64,000 bases of DNA, taken from an uncultured Bacteroidales bacterium. GTDB taxonomy: Bacteria; Bacteroidota; Bacteroidia; Bacteroidales; UBA932. The stretch covers positions 6,107 to 70,106 of the forward strand of contig CAJONI010000052.1 in NCBI GenBank assembly GCA_905235995.1, written 5' to 3'. Below the pieces are notes generated by a model. It saw nothing but the letters and a program-made list of their open reading frames with translations. It had not been told where the DNA came from and searched no databases. The translations under genes were made by a program, and so were the position numbers. This document shows positions 28,282 through 38,131 of the stretch, in pieces; position 1 is the stretch's first letter; each line of letters starts with the position of its first letter.

Positions 28282-29628
28282 ATGAAAAGAAGAGATTTCC
28301 TCCGTTATTCCGCTCTCGGCGCAGCTGCGACCGTAGTTCCGTTCCAGCTTGCCGGCGCCGCTCCCGCTGCCCCGGCTGCCAAGGCAAAGTCGAAGAACGC
28401 CAAGGTCCAGATGGGCTTCATCGGCCTGGGCCAGCAGGCCATGTACCTGCTAAGCGGCTTCATGTCGATGGACGACGTTCGCGTGGTGGCTGGCTGCGAC
28501 GTGTACGACATCAAGCGAGATCGTTTCGCGCGCCGCGTGAAGGAGCACTACCAGTCCAAGGGCGAGAAGAAGGTGAAGGTCGACATGTATGAGGACTATC
28601 AGGACCTCCTGGCTCGTCCCGACATCGACGCCGTGGTCATCGCTGTGCCCGACCACCAGCATGCCGTCATCGCCATCGCCGCCTGCAAGGCCGGCAAGGA
28701 CATCTACCTTGAGAAACCCATGACCCTGACCATCTACGAGGGCCAGCAGCTGGTGAAAGCCGTGCGCAAGTACAACCGCATCCTGCAGGTCGGTTCGCAG
28801 CAGCGTTCCAGCGAGGAGTTCATCCACGCCGCGACCCTGGCGCGCGAGGGCGAACTGGGCCGGATACGCAAGCTGAAGGTGTACGTGGGCCGCAACGACG
28901 TGAACCCCGTGACCGCCGCTCCCGTGCCCTGCAATCTTCCGCGCATGGAAGTCCCCGCAGGACTCAACTGGGACAAGTGGCTCGGCCCCCTGCCCGAATG
29001 GGTGTACTACCACTCCGACCTCGACCCGGTCATCACTCCCGAGCAGAACGAGCAGCTGTGGGGTGCCTGGCGCTGGTACAAGCCCATGGGCGGCGGCCTG
29101 ATGACCGACTGGGGCGCCCATATGTTCGACATCGCGCAGTGGGCCCTTGGCAAGGACGGCAGCGGCCCCGTGGAGGTGATCCCTCCGGGCTACAGCTTCT
29201 ACGACGCCCTGACCTTCAAGTATGACAACGGTGTGATAGTCTCCGAAGAGCCGTTCGACGGCAGCACGCCGGGCGTGCAGATCTACGGCGACGACGGCTG
29301 GGTGAAGGTGAGCCGCGGCCAGTTCGAGGCCTCGAATCCTGCCTGGAACATGCCTGAGACCAAGAACGACGACGACGTGCCCTACGAGACCAAGGTGGGC
29401 CATCACCGCACCTTTGTCGAGTCGGTGCTCAGCCGCCACGACCCGAATGTGCCCGTGGAAGTGGGCCACTCTTCATGCACCGTCTGCAATCTCGGCAACA
29501 TCGCCATGGAGCTCGGACGCCCCGTGGTCTGGAACCCGATAGTGCAGAAGTTCATGCACGATCCTGAAGCCACGAAACTGCTTCAGTATAAGTATCGTGA
29601 GGGTTTTGAACACGCCCTTGAGGTATGA
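28282..29628 (+). CDS. Gfo/Idh/MocA family NAD(P)-dependent oxidoreductase with twin-arginine signal
   Basis: MKRRDFL, GFIGLGQQ, PDHQH, YLEKP, QVGSQQRS, WDKWLGP and GGGLMTDWGAHMFD. Confidence 0.92.
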   Translation: MKRRDFLRYSALGAAATVVPFQLAGAAPAAPAAKAKSKNAKVQMGFIGLGQQAMYLLSGFMSMDDVRVVAGCDVYDIKRDRFARRVKEHYQSKGEKKVKVDMYEDYQDLLARPDIDAVVIAVPDHQHAVIAIAACKAGKDIYLEKPMTLTIYEGQQLVKAVRKYNRILQVGSQQRSSEEFIHAATLAREGELGRIRKLKVYVGRNDVNPVTAAPVPCNLPRMEVPAGLNWDKWLGPLPEWVYYHSDLDPVITPEQNEQLWGAWRWYKPMGGGLMTDWGAHMFDIAQWALGKDGSGPVEVIPPGYSFYDALTFKYDNGVIVSEEPFDGSTPGVQIYGDDGWVKVSRGQFEASNPAWNMPETKNDDDVPYETKVGHHRTFVESVLSRHDPNVPVEVGHSSCTVCNLGNIAMELGRPVVWNPIVQKFMHDPEATKLLQYKYREGFEHALEV

Positions 29629-32600
29629 GAAGGCTTTTCGCTTTAACCATTGCGCTTGTCGTGCTCTCCGCCTGTGGCGGCGGGCACGACGCCGCTTTCG
29701 GCCCTGCCGACGAGGCGGCGTTCCTGCAGCCTCCCAAGGACAACTACCCCGAGACCTGGTTCCATTTCATCGGCGGCAACGTCTCGAAGGAGGGCATAGA
29801 CGCCGACCTTGAGGCCATCGCCGGGGCCGGTATTTCCGGCATCCACTGGTTCCATGGCTATTTCGGCGGCCCCTGGCCTGCCACGGGACATCAGCTGACC
29901 ACCCTCAGCCCCGAGTGGGAGGACATGGTGAGCTATCTCGGCCGCAGGGCCGACAGCCTTGGCCTGAGGCTCACGATACAGACCTGCCCCGGCTGGTCCA
30001 TGGCCGGCGGGCCCTGGATCACGCCCGAGGAGGCCATGCGGATGCTTGTCTGGTCGCGTACCGACATTCCCGCAGGGAGCAGTGCCGTCGCGCCGCTGCC
30101 CGTCGGCGAGCCTTCCTCCGAGGAGTGGCGTGACTACCGCGACATCTCCGTGCTGGCCTTTCCCACGCCGCTCGGCGATACGGGAGAGCCGCTGAGACCC
30201 ATTGTCACCGAGGCTTCCGATCCGCACTGGAAGGCGCTGCTGGAAGGCAGTCTGCCCGGGGGGCTCGATATAAAGGCGGGCTCCACCGCGCGGGTGGCGT
30301 TTACTCTTCCAGAGGGTACGGTGGTCCGTACGCTTCAACTGCCGCCCATCGGCGCCATCTCACACGCCTAGGTCTACGACCCCGGTATCAAGGTCCGTCT
30401 TACGGCGGAGACTTCCGATGGGGAAGCGGTGCTGGTCGATGCGGCCCTGCCCATGGGCAACTGGCAGGACGGCAGCCCTGCCGACTTCGAGTTCGCCTGC
30501 AATGAAGCATTTGACGTTCAGCGCTATGTGCTGACCTTGACCAATGCCCATCCGGGCCATATAGAAGCGATACGCCTCTTCTCTGCCGCGCGCAAGAACA
30601 GCTGGCGGGGCGAGGCGGGCTGGACGCTGACCGGAAAGGAACTGTATCAGGAGCACACTGTGCAGGACCCCAGGGCTTTCGTGCAGCTTGAAAACGTGCT
30701 CGACCTGAGCGACTGCCTCCTGGCCGACGGCACTCTCGACTGGACTGCACCGGACGGCGATCTGCCGCAAGGAAGCTGGACGGTGCTCCGCATCGGCCAC
30801 GTCAACTCCGGACGGCAGAACGGTCCGGCACCTCCCGAGGCCACGGGCTGGGAATGCAACAAGTTCGACCCTGCAGGGGCCGAGAGCCAGTTCTCGCACT
30901 ATGTGGGCATGCTGCAGGACGGGCCGCTGGGCGGTCTTGCCGGAGGCATGCTCATGGACAGCTGGGAGTGCAAGACCCAGACCTGGACCGTTGGGATGGA
31001 AGACGAATTCGCCGACGCCGCGGGCTACGAACTCTCCCGCAGGCTGCCTGCGCTGATGGGCTATGTGATTGACAGCCAGGAGGCTACGAGCCGTTTCCTG
31101 ACCGACTGGCGCCGTACCGTGAACTTCCTGTACTGCGAGTATTTCTTCCGTCTCATGACCGACATGGCCCACGAGAAGGGCATGAGGGTGGAATATGAGA
31201 CGGCTGGCGGAGACGTGGTGACCATGGACCCTCTGGAATACTTCAAGTATGCCGACATACCCATGTGCGAATTCTGGCAGCCCTTCTCCGAGGGTTATGT
31301 GGGCGATCTGGATTTCAAGCCCATACGTCCCACTGCCTCGGCAGCGCACATCTACGGCAAGCGCCGCGTGGACGCCGAGAGCTTCACCAGTTTCTCACTC
31401 ACCTGGGACGAACACTGGCAGATGCTCCGCGAGGTGGCTTCGTTCAACATGGCTCAGGGCGTGACGCACAACGTGTTCCATACCTATACCCACAATCCTC
31501 AGATTGGCTTCCTGCCTCCGGGGACAAGTTTCGGCAACGGCATCGGGTCGCCGTTCCTGCGTGGCCAGACCTGGTGGAAGTACATGCACGAATTTACGGA
31601 CTGCCTGGCGCGCATGAGCTACATGCTGGAGCGCGGCCTGCCCGTGAAAGACGTGCTCTGGTACCTCGGCGACGAGGTGGGACACAAGCCATTCCAGTAC
31701 ACGGGCAGCGGCGCCCGCCAGTCGGGCGACATCCGTTTCCCGGAGGGCTTCGACTACGACTACTGCAATCCCGACGTGCTGATCAACAGGCTGAGTGTCA
31801 AGGACGGACGTCTGTTTACGCCTGAAGGGATCTCGTATTCCGTGCTCTGGATTCCGGAGAACGAGCGCATGCTGCCCGAGACCGTGGAAAGGCTCTACGA
31901 GCTGATCTATGACGGTGCGCGGGTCATTGCCGCTCCGCCCGTGGCTCCCGCGACACTGCGGCCCGGAGTGGAGGACCGTTTCGAGAGAGCTGTCGAATCG
32001 GTATGGGGCGAGGCAGAGGCCGGCTCCATAAGCTCTCTCGGAAAAGGCCGGCTTGCCGTCGGCACAGGCCTCGACGAGGCCCTCGTCGCTTTCGGCCTGC
32101 AGCCGCACTTCGCCGATGGCGGCGCTGAACTGTCGTGGTGCGAACGCGAGGCTCCCGGCGCCCGCTGGTTCTTCATTGCCCCCGCGCCTGGACGTGGTTT
32201 CACCGGGACGGTGCAGCTGCGAGGGGAGGGGACTCCCTGCTGGTGGGATCCGGTCGACGGAAGCATAGGCTCGTTGGAGTTCGTCCGCGAAGGCTCGATG
32301 GTTCAGGTCGCTCTCGACCTGGCCAGGGCCCAGAGCGGTTTCGTGGTGCTTCGCGATGAGGTCTCGGACAGCCTGAAGCCGGCGTTTCCCGTGCTTTCCG
32401 CTGAGAATGGGATCGTTCCCGAAGGATGGAAGCTCAGTTTCCCCATGGGTTGGGGAGCTCCTTCCGGTCCTGTCGCCCTGGAGCGGCTCGTTCCCTGGAT
32501 GGATCTTCCGATAGGTAAGGAGGGACGCGCCTTCTCCGGCACGGCGACCTACGAGGCGTCGTTTGTCGTTCCGGAGGGACAGGCCGACGCCGACATGGTG

Positions 32601-32882
32601 CTCGACCTTGGCGTGGTCGACATGATCGCTGAAGTTGAGGTCAATGGCCGGCCTGCGGGTGTCGTATGGTGCGAGCCATATCGTCTGCCCTTGGAGGGCC
32701 TTCTGAAAGAAGGATCCAACAGCCTGACAGTCAAGGTGACAAGCACCTGGTACAACCGTCTGGCCTACGATGCGTCCCTTCCGGAGCAGCAGCGAAAGAC
32801 CTGGACCATCGCCGGTCCCGCCCCAGGCAGCCCTCTCCGCCCCTCCGGCCTCTTGGGCCCTGTGGTGATACACGATCCGTAG
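29625..32882 (+). pseudogene. GH106 alpha-L-rhamnosidase-family gene interrupted by one in-frame TAG (30369-30371)
   Basis: ORFs 29625..30371 and 30429..32882 share a frame and read ..ISHA*VYDPGIKVRL.. continuously. N part has WFHF and GWSMAGGPWITPE. C part has GWECNK, DSWE, PMCEFW, AESFT and PSGLLGPV. Confidence 0.8.
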
Positions 32883-32903
32883 ATTATTAAATGAGATAAA
32901 ACC

Positions 32904-35081
32904 ATGAAAAGACCGTTTCTCGCACTCCTGCTGCTTGCAGGCATATCCTTTAGCCTGTCCGCACAGGATGTATATGTGGCGGAAGGCCGTTTCTGCGCCG
33001 GCGACGACACTGCCTGGGCGGCGCCCGGCTTCGACGACAGTGCGTGGCAGATACTTGGCTTCGAGAAGGACTGGAGTCTCCAGGGCATCGATCTGACCAA
33101 TGGCTTCGGCTGGTACAGATTACATGTGGTGATTCCGTCGAGCCTGAAGAAAGGCGTCACCGACAAGCTGCTCCTCGACCTTGGTCCCATCGACGACACC
33201 GACGAGACCTTCCTCAACGGCGTCCTGGTGGGAAAGACCGGCCGCGACGGCACCGATCCCGCTGGATTCTACGAGATGTGGGAGGAGCCGCGACGATACG
33301 TCGTCGACCCTGGTCTGGTGAACTGGGACGGCGAGAATGTGATAGCGGTACGCGTCTACAACGGCGCCGGGGAGGGAGGCTTTTACGCTGGTGCGGCGCG
33401 CATCGGGAAGCCCGTCCTCTCCGATTTCGTGACCATGACCGTGAAGCGGACTCCCAATTCCTTCGAGACGGTTTTCTCCAGTCTGACGAAGACTCAGGGA
33501 ACGCTGGAAGTAGTTGTGGAAGATGTATTTACGAACAAGGAAACTTCTCATGAGACCCGTACTGTCAAGCTTTCCCCCAAGAAGGAAACCCGCCTTGGCC
33601 GGGCCACAGGCCAAAACACCCGCGTGAGGGTGAAATACAGTGATTCCAGGTTCGGAGAGGAACTTGCCGAAATTTTCAGCATGCCCTACATCCTCACTCC
33701 CAAGGCTCCCGCAACCCCGCGCTACAACGGCCCGCTGGTGTTCGGGGTGAGGCCCGGTTCGCCGGTGATCTTCCGTCTGGCATTCTCTGGCGAGCGGCCC
33801 ATGGTCTTTGACGCCGAAGGTCTGCCTGAAGGCGTGGTACTCAACCCTGAGGATGGTGTGCTGGGCGGCAGCGTATCCGAGGCCGGCGACTATCCCGTGG
33901 TGTTCACGGCGACCAACGCTCTCGGCTCCGCCAGCGTGGAATTCACGCTCAAAGTGGGCGAGACCATCGCCCTCACCCCGCCCATGGGCTGGAATTCCTG
34001 GAACTGCTGGGGCACCAGCGTCTCCCAGGAGAAGGTGATGGCCTCGGCGGCGGCCCTGGTCAACCGCGGCCTGGCCGACTACGGCTACAGCTACATCAAC
34101 ATCGACGATGCCTGGGAGGCCGATGAAAGGGCCGCCGACGGCAGCATACTCACCAATTCCAAGTTCCCCGACATGAAGGCGCTGGGCGACTGGCTCCATT
34201 CGCGCGGGCTGCGGCTGGGCATCTACTCCAGCCCGGGCGACCTCACCTGCGGCGGCTATCTCGGGACCCTGGGCCACGAGGCTCAGGACGCCGCGACCTG
34301 GAACGAATGGGGAGTGGACTACCTCAAATACGACTGGTGCGGCTATTCAAAGGTCTACAATGCCCAGAACGACCATTCCACCGCTTCCTACGTGCGTCCT
34401 TACCTTAAGATGCAGGAGTATCTGCGCCAGCAGCCCCGCGACATCTTCTATTCGCTGTGCCAGTACGGCATGGCCGAGGTATGGACCTGGGGGCACGCCG
34501 TGGATGCGAACTCATGGCGCACTACCGGTGACATCAGTGATACCTGGGAATCGGTCCGCACCATCGGTTTCGCTCTCCAGAAGGAGCTTTATCCCTACGC
34601 CGGTCCGGGACATTGGAACGACCCTGACATGCTGGTGGTGGGCAAGGTGGGCTGGGGCGAAAGGCTCCACGACAGCCGCCTGACTCCCGACGAGCAGTAC
34701 AGCCACATCAGCCTCTGGTCGCTGCTGGCGTCCAACATGCTGATAGGCTGCCCTATCGACCAGATAGACGACTTCACCTTCAACCTGCTGTGCAACAACG
34801 AAGTGAATGCCGTGAACCAGGACATCCTCGGCAGGCAGGCGCGTTGTCTGGTGGAGGAGGACGGGTTCCAGATCTGGGCCAGGGAGCTCTCCGACGGAGG
34901 CACTGCCGTCGGCATCTTCAATCTCAATGAAGACGCTGCGCCGGTCGACCTGGCGGGTTGTCTGGCAAAGATAGGCATAGAGGGTGTCGACACTGTCCGC
35001 GACCTGTGGCGCCAGCAGGACATCCCCATGGGCACCTACGTAATCGCCCCCCACGGCGTCCGCTACGTAAAGGTAAGATAG
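32904..35081 (+). CDS. GH27 alpha-galactosidase-family enzyme (copy 2, paralogue of 10318..12498)
   Basis: TPPMGWNSWN, YLKYDWC, SWRTTGDI and WNDPDML. Same architecture and near-identical length as copy 1. Confidence 0.9.
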   Translation: MKRPFLALLLLAGISFSLSAQDVYVAEGRFCAGDDTAWAAPGFDDSAWQILGFEKDWSLQGIDLTNGFGWYRLHVVIPSSLKKGVTDKLLLDLGPIDDTDETFLNGVLVGKTGRDGTDPAGFYEMWEEPRRYVVDPGLVNWDGENVIAVRVYNGAGEGGFYAGAARIGKPVLSDFVTMTVKRTPNSFETVFSSLTKTQGTLEVVVEDVFTNKETSHETRTVKLSPKKETRLGRATGQNTRVRVKYSDSRFGEELAEIFSMPYILTPKAPATPRYNGPLVFGVRPGSPVIFRLAFSGERPMVFDAEGLPEGVVLNPEDGVLGGSVSEAGDYPVVFTATNALGSASVEFTLKVGETIALTPPMGWNSWNCWGTSVSQEKVMASAAALVNRGLADYGYSYINIDDAWEADERAADGSILTNSKFPDMKALGDWLHSRGLRLGIYSSPGDLTCGGYLGTLGHEAQDAATWNEWGVDYLKYDWCGYSKVYNAQNDHSTASYVRPYLKMQEYLRQQPRDIFYSLCQYGMAEVWTWGHAVDANSWRTTGDISDTWESVRTIGFALQKELYPYAGPGHWNDPDMLVVGKVGWGERLHDSRLTPDEQYSHISLWSLLASNMLIGCPIDQIDDFTFNLLCNNEVNAVNQDILGRQARCLVEEDGFQIWARELSDGGTAVGIFNLNEDAAPVDLAGCLAKIGIEGVDTVRDLWRQQDIPMGTYVIAPHGVRYVKVR

Positions 35082-35107
35082 GCCCGGGCCGTATCCGCTT
35101 GCTTTTC

Positions 35108-35740
35108 CTACGGGATCGAGGTGCCGTGGAATTCGGTGGCGTGGGTTGCGGCGAGCAGGGCGGGGAGATTGTGGGGCTTGACGCCGGAGCCCGGCATGAC
35201 GATCAGGCGGCCGCCGGCCTGGTCGACCAGCCGCGCTATCAGGTCGCGGCCCTCCCATGCCGTAGCCTCCTTCCCGGATGTCAGCAGGCGCTCGCATCCC
35301 AGGCCTATGATGGCTTCCAGGGCTTCTGAAGCATCCTGGGTGGAGACATCGAAGGCACGGTGGAAAGTGACCGACAGGGGCCGGGCGGCTGCAATCATTC
35401 GCCTCATCGCCTCCATGTCTATGCTGCCGTCAGGGTTAAGCGCACCTATCACCACTCCGGCGGCACCGTACTTCCTGCACCATCCTATCTCCTCCACCAT
35501 GCGTCCCACAGTCTCGTCGTCGTAGACGAAATCGGCGGTCGAGAACTCCCTGGCAGTGGTGCGGATGAGCACGTTGACGGGAATGGAACAGGCACCGACC
35601 ACATCCTGAATGAGTTCCGGTGGGGGAGTCGTTCCTCCGACGGCCAGGTTTACGCAGAGTTCGATACGGGAAGTGCCGCGGGCCTGGGCGGCAAGAGCCT
35701 CCTCCAGGGTGGTGCAACAGGTTTCTGTGAAAATCTTCAT
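35108..35740 (-). CDS. cutC: CutC-family TIM-barrel protein (annotated copper homeostasis protein)
   Basis: RIELCVNLAVGGTTP, VNVLIR, GVVIGAL, TFHRAFD, RLLTSG, MPGSGV and EFH. Confidence 0.9.
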   Translation of the reverse strand: MKIFTETCCTTLEEALAAQARGTSRIELCVNLAVGGTTPPPELIQDVVGACSIPVNVLIRTTAREFSTADFVYDDETVGRMVEEIGWCRKYGAAGVVIGALNPDGSIDMEAMRRMIAAARPLSVTFHRAFDVSTQDASEALEAIIGLGCERLLTSGKEATAWEGRDLIARLVDQAGGRLIVMPGSGVKPHNLPALLAATHATEFHGTSIP

Positions 35741-35744
35741 GGGA

Positions 35745-35752
35745 CAAAAGTA
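35745..35752 (-). promoter_or_regulatory. -7 promoter box (TACTTTTG) directly adjacent to the cutC start
   Basis: Exact TAnnTTTG match ending 4 nt before ATG 35740. Confidence 0.5.
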
Positions 35753-35800
35753 CAAAAAGTATTTCCCCGTCAGGACAAAAATGGCTAACTTTATGATGCA

Positions 35801-38122
35801 ATGAAAAGACGTGTGGACTTCTGCTTTCTCCCATGGGTACTGGCCTTTCTCGCGCTTTGCTCGTGCAGTTCAGGCGGGGAGGGTGTCGTAGGGAAGGAGT
35901 TTCCCCTCAAGGAGGCGAACCCCGGGAATTCACTGATGGCAAGATGGGCGGGGAAGGAGGTGCTTGAATCCAGGGTGATCGACGATATGGAGGGAAAAGG
36001 CAATTGGGTCGTACGTGAAGGCTCGCCCAGTGTCGGGTACACGCGGGAGAATTACAAGTACGGCACCCAGGCCCTGAGGCAGCGGGTGTCGATGGTCGAC
36101 AGCGCGCATATCCTCTCGCCCGCAAACCGCAGCGAATGGGGGAGTTTCAACGCTGACCAGGGCGGCTGGACCTGCGTGGCGCTGGAGTTCGATGAGCCGC
36201 AGGACTGGTCGGAGTGGAACCGTATCTCCCTGTGGGTCTACATCCATCCTTCCAGAAATCCCAACGTGAGTTTCGCCCTCGACCTGGTTGACGCCGCAAC
36301 CCATGATTCCGTGCTCGATCCGGGCCGGGAAACCAATGTCGACATACCCCAGGGAGAATGGACCCAGATGCTATGGGAGATAGACTATTACCCGCGCGAG
36401 AGCATACTCCGCCTCGAAATCTGCCAGACCATGACGGGATTCGACCGGGAGATCGGGGAGCAGTACGTGACCATCGACTTCGACCGGCTGGAACTGCAGA
36501 AGGTCGAGCCCGACCACTACGAGGGCTGGGACATACCCGAAGGGGAATTCGCCTTTTCCCACGTCGGCTACCGGCCTGGCGACAGTAAAGTCGCTTTGGC
36601 TTGCTACGACGCCGGTGTCAAGGCTTTCCAGCTGCTGGACGGCAGGGGAAATGCTGTCTTCACCGGAACCCCGGCCAGAAGCACCAACCGGGGAAACGAC
36701 TTCGCGGTGCTGGATTTCAGCGACTTCCGCAGTTCCGGCAGCTACTCCCTGAAATACGGCGAAGCCGTGTCCAGACCTTTTCCAATCGATGAGGACGTCT
36801 GGCTCGAACCCATGTACGCCGCACTCAACTTCTATTTCTGCCAGCGCTGCGGCTACCCCGTTCCGGGTATCCACGGCGTGTGCCATGAGGACGTGCAGGG
36901 ATTCCACGGGGATGTACGGAAGAGCGTCAACGGGGGCTGGCACGACGCCGGCGACCTTTCGCAGGGGACCTGGCGCACGGCCTATGCCTGTTTTGCGCTC
37001 CTGAACGCAGTGGAGGCTGCTCCTGGGTTCGCCACAAAGCTGCAGGAGGAGGCATCATGGGGAGTGGACTGGCTCCTCAAGACCCGTTTCGGCGACGGCT
37101 TCCATCAGAGCTGGTCCACTGTGCGCATTTTTTCCGACGGCATAACCGGCACTTGCGACGATATAGTAACTCCCGCGTCCTATGTCCCCTGGGAGCTCTT
37201 CCTGACCTCCGCCGTGTTCCTGAGGTCCGGCCACCCCGACGAGGCGTGCGAGGACTGGGAATTCGCCATGCGGAAAGCAGATGGCGGCAACTACCTTGAG
37301 GCTTCCTGGGGAGCCCTGGCCTCCGCACTTCTTTACCAGCGTTCCGGAGAGCGGAAGTACAGGGACGCCGCCCTGAATTTCGGGCGCAGGCTCATGCTCT
37401 GCCAGGAGCAGGGAAAGGTGCACGGAATCCCGTATCACGGCTATTTCTATACCGATACCACCCGCAGGGCCATCCTTCACGACTGCCACGCGGCCTTCAA
37501 CGAAGCGCCCATGCTGGCCCTTGGCACCTTGTGCCGTGTCTTCCCGGAAGAAGCGGCGCCTTTCCTTGAGGCGGCGCGGCTTTACGCCGGCTACCTGAAG
37601 GACGGCAGCGCAATCTCGGCCCCGTACAATCTCCCGCCGGCAGGCATCTTCCGGCGCAGGGACATGCTCTCTGCTTCCGACCTCGCCCAGTATGAGGCAG
37701 GCACGCAGATCAACGGTGAGTATGCCATACGCACCTTCCCGGTCTGGAAGGACCACATCTTTCACGGAAGCACCCACTTCCACCTTTCCGAAGCCTGGGC
37801 GCTGGCCGAGGCGGCGGTGCTCCTGGACGACAGCGAGGCCATGTCGCTGGTGCAGCGGCAGCTGGAATGGACCCTGGGCCGCAACCCCTTCGGGATGAGC
37901 CTCATGTACGGAGTGGGCTACAACTACGCCCCGCTCTTCGCCTACTGCACGCACAACATAGTCGGAGCCCTTCCTGTCGGCATGGACTGCTTCCACGACG
38001 ACGAGCCCTTCTGGAACGGCAGCGCCTGTGCCACCTCGAAGGAAATCTGGGTCGAACCCGTCAGCCGCTTCCTGGGAGCGCTGTCGCATTTTATTTTGTA
38101 TGAATCTCCCGTTCGGGATTAA
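35801..38122 (+). CDS. GH9-family glycoside hydrolase (beta-sandwich plus Ig-like plus (alpha/alpha)6), lipoprotein
   Basis: SHVGYRPGDSKVA (Ig-like), FYFCQRCG, GGWHDAGD, WTLGRNPFGMSLMYGVG and terminal KEIW. Confidence 0.8.
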   Translation: MKRRVDFCFLPWVLAFLALCSCSSGGEGVVGKEFPLKEANPGNSLMARWAGKEVLESRVIDDMEGKGNWVVREGSPSVGYTRENYKYGTQALRQRVSMVDSAHILSPANRSEWGSFNADQGGWTCVALEFDEPQDWSEWNRISLWVYIHPSRNPNVSFALDLVDAATHDSVLDPGRETNVDIPQGEWTQMLWEIDYYPRESILRLEICQTMTGFDREIGEQYVTIDFDRLELQKVEPDHYEGWDIPEGEFAFSHVGYRPGDSKVALACYDAGVKAFQLLDGRGNAVFTGTPARSTNRGNDFAVLDFSDFRSSGSYSLKYGEAVSRPFPIDEDVWLEPMYAALNFYFCQRCGYPVPGIHGVCHEDVQGFHGDVRKSVNGGWHDAGDLSQGTWRTAYACFALLNAVEAAPGFATKLQEEASWGVDWLLKTRFGDGFHQSWSTVRIFSDGITGTCDDIVTPASYVPWELFLTSAVFLRSGHPDEACEDWEFAMRKADGGNYLEASWGALASALLYQRSGERKYRDAALNFGRRLMLCQEQGKVHGIPYHGYFYTDTTRRAILHDCHAAFNEAPMLALGTLCRVFPEEAAPFLEAARLYAGYLKDGSAISAPYNLPPAGIFRRRDMLSASDLAQYEAGTQINGEYAIRTFPVWKDHIFHGSTHFHLSEAWALAEAAVLLDDSEAMSLVQRQLEWTLGRNPFGMSLMYGVGYNYAPLFAYCTHNIVGALPVGMDCFHDDEPFWNGSACATSKEIWVEPVSRFLGALSHFILYESPVRD

Positions 38123-38131
38123 GCATATGCC

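Noticed and set aside
30369..30371. Genome-wide amber recoding or pyrrolysine insertion
   Set aside because: TAG is a normal stop for many genes here (ending at 497, 18642, 23950, 28245, 32882 and 35081). No pyl genes or suppressor tRNA are present in the window.
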